A DNA stretch of 64,000 bases from Tubiluchus corallicola (lineage: Eukaryota > Animalia > Priapulida). Position numbers and translations under genes: made by a program. This document shows, piece by piece, positions 56,545-64,000 of the stretch. The stretch covers positions 1-64,000 of the forward strand of contig JAQGDQ010000192.1 in the NCBI GenBank assembly GCA_030141605.1, in the 5' to 3' direction. The notes beneath the pieces are model-generated. The model had not been told where the DNA came from and did not search any database. It saw only the letters and a list, made by a program, of their open reading frames with translations. Within the stretch, counting starts at the first letter, position 1. Each line of letters starts with the position of its first letter.

Positions 56545-58610
56545 TCACACAAATTGCTGATAGGAGATTTTAATTTACTTAAGGTTGACTGGGTTACTTG
56601 GTCAAGTAGGATTAACTATGAATCAGAATTTGTGGAATGTTTCAAAGACTGCTTCTTTTTTCAGCATGTAATGATATATTTTTTGCAACAAGACTTCGCC
56701 CCATATTTTCGATTTGGTCTTAACGAATGAGGAAAATCTTGTGAATGATATTGAAAATCGTCCTCCGTTAGGTAATAGTGTTCATATATGTGTATACATG
56801 AAAATTCAATGTTACGGGGATACTAATTGCACTATACCTCAGTTAGATCTCAACAAAGCAAATTACAACAATATTAGAAGCAACATTGCAAACATTGATT
56901 GGGTTGCTGAACTACAGAATGAAAAAGCTGAAGTATCCTTTGTTGCCATCAGTACTGTCTTAGAAAATTCAATTAAAAGTAATGTACCACTGAAAAGAAA
57001 TTCTTAAAATAGAAGAAGGAATATTTGGAGGAACAAAGCAGCAATGAAGCAGGTTAAGAAAAAAAATCACCTATGAAAGCGTTATTCAATATTCAAAAGT
57101 GTAAGTGATTATAGATTGTACGTTCGAGAAAAAAGTGTGCTCTGGAACCTCACTCGTAAATTAGTGAAAAATTTTTGAGAAAGATCTGATAAGCAATTTA
57201 AAAACAAATCCTAAAGGTTTCTGGAATTACGTAAGAAGCAAAAACAAGATAGCTAGCAAAATATGTGTCATGGTACAAGAAAATGATGAAATCTCTGACG
57301 ATAAAGAAAGGGCTGAGGTCTTTAACTCATACTTTGCCAGTGTTTTTACACAGGAGAATTTAAGTAACGTTCTAACACTAAGTGATCGAAAAGTGACAAC
57401 TAAGCTCCTTACAGTGGAAATTACTGAAGAAATTATTATGAAGAAACTAGAATAGCTAAGGCACCTGGTCCAGACGGATTTTGTCCAAAAATACTTAAAG
57501 AAATTGCCAAGGAGTTGGCTGTTCCACTTGCCATCTTTTTTAACAAATCCTTGAACAAGTCGCACTTGCCTCAACTGTGGAAAGATGTAGTAGTGAAACC
57601 TCAACATAAAAAAGGTAGCAAGAAATCAGTCACAAATTACAGACCAATAAGCTTAACATCGACACTCATAAAAGTCTTTCAGTCATTTATAGTTCTGTAG
57701 TCAACCATTTGGAATCCAATAATTTATTCAATGCTCAACAACATGGGTTCTCTTCTGGTAAATCTTGTGTGACTCAGTTGCTGGAGGTTTTAGAAGACTG
57801 GACGCATATACTTGATAATTGACATCCTGTTAGTTGTGTTTATTTGGACTTTCAAAAAGCTCTTGACAGTGTGCCACATTGCTTATTAAGCTAAGGGCTT
57901 ATGGAATAGGTGGCAAAGTATTATGTTGGATAGAAGAATTTCTGTGTAATAGAAGGCAAAAGCTCATGGTCAATGGTAATAAGTCAAATTTTCGAGATGT
58001 TCTAAGCGGTAACCTACAAGGCAGTGTAATTGGTCCATGCCTTTTTCTTCTGTTCATTAATGACCTGCCAGATCAAATATCTGCGATTGTAAAACTTTTT
58101 GCAGATGATACAGAAATGTATAGCCCACTGAACAGTGATCAGTCTATGGTTCAGTTTCAATAGGACATTAACATTCTTGCTGATTGGTCTAGGATTTGGC
58201 AATTAAAATTCAATACAGAGAAATGTAAATTGCTCCATATGGGTTATAATTATCCGAAATACACTTATTCCATGCAAGACAATTAAGGCATAATAAAATC
58301 AATAGTGGTCACAAACTGTGATTTGGGTGTGCTAATTGATGAGGACCTAAAGTTTCACAGTCGTACAAGCTCTGTGTTAAACAAAGCCAATAAAATTCTT
58401 GGAGCCATCAAACATACATTTACATACATAAACAGTGAAATGATTGTTCAGATAATCAAAACTCTTATTAGACCACTCCTAGAATATGCAAATGTTGTTT
58501 GGGGACCAAGGTTTATAGGAAATGCTCAACTCATAGAAAATGTGCAACGAAGGGCTACCAAGCTGGTTCCATAATTTAGTGACTTGAACTACACGGAAAG
58601 ACTATATATA
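56545..58610 (+). mobile_element. Decayed CR1-like LINE ORF2 (end of AP endonuclease plus RT), in the putative first intron of the myosin gene
   Basis: Motifs IGDFN..VDW, DLVLTNE..PPLGNSVH, NYRPISLTS, QHGF, YLDFQKA, QGSVIGP, FADDT, IRPLLEYANVVW and VQRRATKLVP, interrupted by many stops and frameshifts. Confidence 0.94.
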
Positions 58611-59412
58611 ATATCTTTATTTGCCATGAAAAAATGATTATAAACATCTTACAATGTAATATATCATTCAGTGTACCTATCTAAGGATTTACACTGCTAG
58701 TTAGCAAGTGTGTCACGTGCTAGAAATTAAATCTATTTGCGTAAGGTAGTGCATAAAAAACGGACATTTAAAAAATATACATATAGAAAAATGAATTTGA
58801 GTTTATTACAAAATTTGGCTTTCTTTCAGTAGAATGCTGAGGTGTGTTAATGGAGAAAATCCTGAGTTTATAAATATGCAACTCATAACTTTACAAATTA
58901 AAGTTAGTCTTTAAAACTGTAAACATATTCATGTTCTGAGAAAGCAACTGGTTTCTTTTTAGATGGCACCCTTAACCCTGAATTGCTTCTTCTTTCGTAA
59001 TTATAGTAACAGTAATTATTGAAAGTTGTAAGAAAAATCAGTCACTATGTAAGCAGATAGTTTCTAAAATATTTTAAAAAGCAAATATTGGTTGTTCGGT
59101 AGAACTAGAAATATCGGAATTTTGCTAAATATCAGGGTATTCGTAACATTGGGTGTCAGACGGTACTAAAATTCAGCATGCTGTTACTATGGCTGTTTTA
59201 GCTAAGTTGCATTTTAGATGGATACTCTTTGACTATGATGAGGTAACTAGTGTATAGAGTATACTTTCAGTTTATATATATTTTTTAATGCAAGTATTAA
59301 GGCATTTTAATTTTTAAATCTAAATACTGTCAAATTATTTCTGTTTATGCTTTTTCTTTGTTTTCATTTTGCAGAATGCATTAGTAACACATTGAGCCTT
59401 ATATGTAACATT

Positions 59413-59592
59413 ATGTCGACAGTTTTAACACCAAAACGGTCAATTCTGAAAGACGTGACGGCACGAATCAGTTCTGATCACAAGACTTCTTCTTTGTACT
59501 TGAACAAAACTGTTTTGAAGACTAGATGCAAGCAAAGCCAAGTGACAAAGAAACATCCATGTTCAAAATCAAAGCAGAGTTTTTTATCGAAG
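59413..59592 (+). CDS. Unconventional myosin (MYO19-like), probable first coding exon (MSTVLTPKRSILKDVTAR...QSFLSK); exon starts at 59375
   Basis: Long polypyrimidine tract and gcag acceptor at 59374, 60 open codons from the ATG, and an AAG|gtaagc donor in phase 0 that fits the next exon. Confidence 0.7.
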
Positions 59593-60396
59593 GTAAGCGT
59601 CTGATCTTTATTTGTTTAACTTGAAAAATTACTCGTAATGTTCATTTTATACTTTAATCTTTGTATTTAGTATTCATTATGTTGTATCCTATTTTGTTAA
59701 TTTTTTTATTGTTATTATATAATAATTTAAAACATTAATTATTATTATTAAAGGGCAATGCCAAGCGGAATAGAAAGTCTGTACTTACGTACAAATTTGT
59801 CTCTCCTTTACTTTTTCGTTTTTCATTACCATGTCTTGTATGCACTGCTAAGGAAAGATTCAATGGAAAAATTTCATGTCTTAGGTAAAACAAGATCAAT
59901 ATTTTATGAAGACACTGAAAGGTACTTCAATTTATACAAATGTAAGGAATAGCAAATTTACAGTAATGAAGTATGCCCAGTGATTATGATGTTAATTTAG
60001 AGTCTCTTTCTTACCTTACAATGTAAAATACCATAACACATTAATTTACACGTAAATTAAGGAATTTATTTTCTCAAGATGTCAATCATAATTAAAAGAA
60101 CAAGCATATAAGCATAAGAAATAATTATTTAATTCTTAAGCACATTGTTGTAGGAGGGTCTATATTGTCACTGACTCACACAGGTGTCCCTCTCTTACCA
60201 CTTGACTTTTCCCTAAAATGAATTATTTGCTACGGGATTGGGACACTACTAGTCTGACTTAAGAATGATATTGTTGCAGGTATATTGCAGGTGTGTATTG
60301 CTAGTAGGTTGTTGTAATATTAATCTGTCCAAAATCTTTTTTCTTTGTGATGAATCAGTATTGCATTAACAGCTGCATTTTTTCTATTTTTTCCAG

Positions 60397-60501
60397 GGCA
60401 TCAAAGTATATGCGCCACACAAAAATTTATTTTGGGCACCTGCTGTAGTTTGTGACACTTATGCTGATGGAACAGTAACGGTTCAGTTTTCAGATGGCAA
60501 G
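60397..60501 (+). CDS. Myosin exon (GIKVYAPHKNLFWAPAVVCDTYADGTVTVQFSDGK), myosin N-terminal SH3-like domain
   Basis: ttccag acceptor and AAG|gtag donor, 105 nt, phase 0/0. The pattern resembles the Myosin_N domain of class V/XI myosins. Confidence 0.85.
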
Positions 60502-60636
60502 GTAGCATAATGAATTGTTCTCTACGAATTTTCTCTTGTTTAATAAGAAATAATTTAAGTTTGTATTTTTGTAAATACTGTGCTTATTTTTATCGTATCA
60601 TAGTTTTTGTTTTTGTCTGTATTCTTTTCTGCCTAG

Positions 60637-60739
60637 GTGGAAACCCTACATAATGTGAAAGACTTGGAACTTGTAGCTGAAATAGATTATTTACAATGTG
60701 AAGAGTTATCAGAGATCAACCCATTGAGCACTCCAGCTG
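60637..60739 (+). CDS. MYO19: Myosin exon (VETLHNVKDLELVAEIDYLQCEELSEINPLSTPA), start of the motor domain
   Basis: cctag acceptor and gtacaa donor, 103 nt, phase 0/1. EELSEINPLS aligns with the MYO19-type DDLTxVNP motif. Confidence 0.8.
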
Positions 60740-61613
60740 GTACAATATAAATGTAGTAATAAAAATGTTGTTAATTTTAATAAAAACTGTAGAAAAGGCA
60801 CGAAAATTTTAACCAATGTGGCTGTTTGCACGATGGAAAAAGTTTGAGAAGGCCTTGTAGAGAAATGCGCTAGTGCGAAGAGGAAAAAGGTGTTCCCTTG
60901 ACACTTTTTTATAACTAGAGTTCTGATTGTTGACTGTATTTCTTCATAATGCCTAAAAAAGAATGAAACTGGTACATTAAAACTGCTGTTCTCATCTTGC
61001 TGTAGGGCTAATTAAAATTGATGTGTGTTAGGTCGCTTATCAGACAAAAAGTGTGCACATGTTTATTAACAATTTTGAGTATCTGCCCCTTGGTTAACAA
61101 ATAACAACATCATCTTAGTTGAACTTGATTCTTATATTTTATGGAAAATGATTTTTTACTTTATGGTCTTTTTTGTTGAATTATGGAAGTGTGCATATTA
61201 TTTATAAGGCATATAACAAGTTGAATGTTGGTGAAATGACTAAGCGAATCTATTAAGATCTTTCAGAGAACTTACAAATTTCTCAGTATTTTACACTGCT
61301 AGTCCATATTCTTGGTGGCATTTTTGTTTGTGTGAAATATCACTAGTAAGTTGTGTAATTATTGGGAAAGAGTTGCTTTTCAGCTTGGGCATTAATTTGT
61401 TTTTGTATCAGTGGCAGATTTAAATTGTGTATGCCTTTATTTTGTTTGAATTTAACTAATCTTAATTTTTGTAAATTTTATCAAAATTCTTGTTTTATAG
61501 AGCCATTTACTTTAATATTTACTCAAATGTCCATGCATTGTGGTATTAATTTTTGTTAAGAAGTGCATCTCTTTGTTTTTCTTTGTAATAATTTGCTTCA
61601 TTTTTTTATTTAG

Positions 61614-61756
61614 TGCTTGACTGTATACGGGTACGGCATTTATCTGGTCAGTTCTACACAAAAGCTGGCAATTCTCTAATTGCTGTTAATCCTTTTAAGA
61701 CTGTTCCTTCTCTTTATGGCTACAGCACCATTATGGAATATTGCCGCAGTGCAAAA
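61614..61756 (+). CDS. MYO19: Myosin motor exon (VLDCIRVRHLSGQFYTKAGNSLIAVNPFKTVPSLYGYSTIMEYCRSAK); gene continues to the right
   Basis: tttag acceptor and gtatgt donor. Carries the myosin motif YT..G..LIAVNPF...LY. The VLxCxxxR and FYTxAG features are most like class XIX. The myosin call is secure, the class assignment less so. Confidence 0.85.
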
Positions 61757-64000
61757 GTATGTTTATCGGTATTACTAGTTTACCTAGAAAGCCACTTCAC
61801 ATGCTTATTATATTTGTTATAAGACTATTGTATATTGCTCACATGGCCAAGAACTAAAATGATGCTTAATGGCTGACTCAACTATTTAATGTTTTATATG
61901 TATTTTATGTTTCGGTGAATAATAATGAATGTTCTGCATAAATAAAGCAGTGTGTGGATGGTAGGAAGACTCTTCATTAAAAGCTTAAATTTTGTCTTCG
62001 AACTTACAAAAGCTATTTTTAGTTCTTTATTTCTTTGCTGATATAATTTTGTGAGGTAACATTAATTTTGTTATAATTGTCAACAAACAACTTCAAATAT
62101 AGTGCAAAGTAAAATAGTCTTAAAATTTTTCAGGTGGTAGAGTGCCTCTACGACGTATGTTATGATTTAAGTAATACATATAATCCACATCAGTCGAGGT
62201 CCAAATTGTGTGGATTATACGTATTAGCTGACTTAAAATTGTTTCTTGTAAGTCTTTGTAAGATGAGACCCTAGTGAAGTTTTAATGATTGTTGAATCAT
62301 TGTTTCATAAGCATTGCAGCGCATGATAGTACTGCAAGCCATGTCTAGTACTGACAGCTGCTGGAAAGGCAGAATCTAGCTTATTTCTGCAGATAATCTT
62401 CTGAGATCACATTGGGTTTTCGCTTACCTGTGTTCAAAAGTATACACTTCTTCCCTAACGAGAAAATAGAGCTGACAAGTGAGGTACATAAAGCCACAAC
62501 AAAGCAGTTTTTCTGACAGTCCAGGCAGGCTTATCGTCATAAACAAGTCCACAAAAATATTTCTTACTGTACGTTTGTACATTTGGTACGATTTGCATTG
62601 TTTTCCAGACACTGCCGCCTCACGTGTTTGCATTGGCAGATGAAGCTTTTCTCGACATGTGCAGCAGTTTCCGAAGACAGAATCAATCGCTAATTGTAAG
62701 CGGTGAAAGTGGAGCAGGAAAGGTATGCTGGATTGTACACCTGCGAACTGCATGCAAAGTTTATTAAATTTATTACTGTAGATATTACATAAAGTGCAAG
62801 AAAACCCTGCACTTGAACAAATCTTAAAAAATTCGTCTTGAAATTTTATAGCACTTATTGGTGATGGGAAAAACGAATTTTTAAAATAAAAACAATAGCC
62901 AGCAGCCCAGCACCCACTTGAGCGAAGAATGCTACACTTCAATTCTAGCATCGTTACCATGTCTTTGTTTAACTGGGTGCTGGCTGTTATTTTTATTTAT
63001 ACATGCCTCATTATTGCATACAGGGTTTGCGTGAGCAGTAACGCTGTATAATCCCGCGATGACCATTAGGTGCAGCAATTTTGGAGATAAGTCATTTGAA
63101 ATAAGTTGAGATAACATTGCTTAAAGTTTGAAAAAATAACCAGAGCATTTGCAGCATACACTTCGCTAACTAAGCAAAATTTTAAATTACTGTATCTTGT
63201 GAAAAAGATTAAAAATAAGTTTTTTAGCGAGTGAGTGGTGCACCCTGAACATTTTACAAATTACTGCAAACATTTTAATTTATTAAAAATTTCCTTTTCT
63301 AGTTACACAAGTTTTTCAATCAGGTAAACATAAAGCTAAGTAGTACAATTTTGCATGGAAAGTTTTTTGGAACATTGCCTTCCCCTGATTTACGTTGTAC
63401 GTAAATGACATCACATAATGGCGCGATCGGAACAGTATCACATGAGATTATACGCTTAAAATTGCTATAAATGTATTTAATTTTTAAGGCAATCTTTCTG
63501 AAACCTATTTCAGGAACCCCTTTTCTTGTCCTGTAACATGTACAAACCGAAACAAGTAAATATAAATACTCAGTCCACTGCATCATGGAAAACAAAGTTT
63601 GTCTAACTTATCTGAGATAACACAAAGTTTGGACGTGGACTATAGCTGAGGGAGTTAGCATTCATGACTCAAACACGCGGCTGATTTGCTTCAGTCTTGC
63701 AAAAAGTTCAATAAATTTTGTGTTTTGCTCATAAAATTCTGCAGTAAATTTGTTAGCCTTAAGTAAACAGACAACTGGCTAAATGTGGCTAAAAATTTGA
63801 CAGACTTTGTTCAACGTAGAACGTTTTTTTGATATGGTATTGCAACCATTTTATTTACATTGATATTTGCATTGCTGGACATGATTCCTCACTGCAGTTG
63901 TTTTTTGTTTCCTTAAGAAGTCTATTTTCTAGCTTCAGAAGTTTGTATTTTTCGTATTCTTTACCAGAGCTGCTTCTATGTGATTTTCATAAAAGTATGG

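Noticed and set aside
62424-62960. 178-aa minus-strand ORF, the longest non-LINE ORF
   Set aside because: No recognisable domain, Cys/Phe-rich composition typical of chance frames, and it lies antisense within a myosin intron. It may be a decayed transposon, but I could not support a specific call.
1-64000. CRISPR arrays, operons or prokaryotic defence systems
   Set aside because: The window is spliceosomal-intron-containing animal DNA, and I saw no regularly spaced repeat-spacer array.

Overview
AT-rich, intron-rich animal (invertebrate-like) genomic DNA, not prokaryotic. Almost all ORFs in the supplied track are spurious. Two real genes sit head-to-head. (1) A Musashi (msi) RNA-binding protein gene lies on the minus strand. 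Six coding exons (51455 down to 12590) splice in frame to give RRM1 and the start of RRM2, with vertebrate-like exon sizes, a probable GC-AG first intron, a 23.8 kb intron 5, and an intron 6 that appears to run off the left edge. (2) The 5' part of an unconventional myosin, most like MYO19, lies on the plus strand (59413 onward). The rest is transposon debris: two decayed CR1-like LINEs, LINE 3' ends, two tRNA-derived SINE copies, several MITEs and microsatellites. The most interesting observations are a dense cluster of Musashi-binding UAG motifs just before Musashi's own ATG, a MYO19-like myosin combining an SH3-like N-domain, a CDK-site/D-box motif and a CCAAT+CDE/CHR-type promoter, and an inverted-repeat element carrying two back-to-back tRNA-like genes. 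All calls were made by eye, with no database searches.
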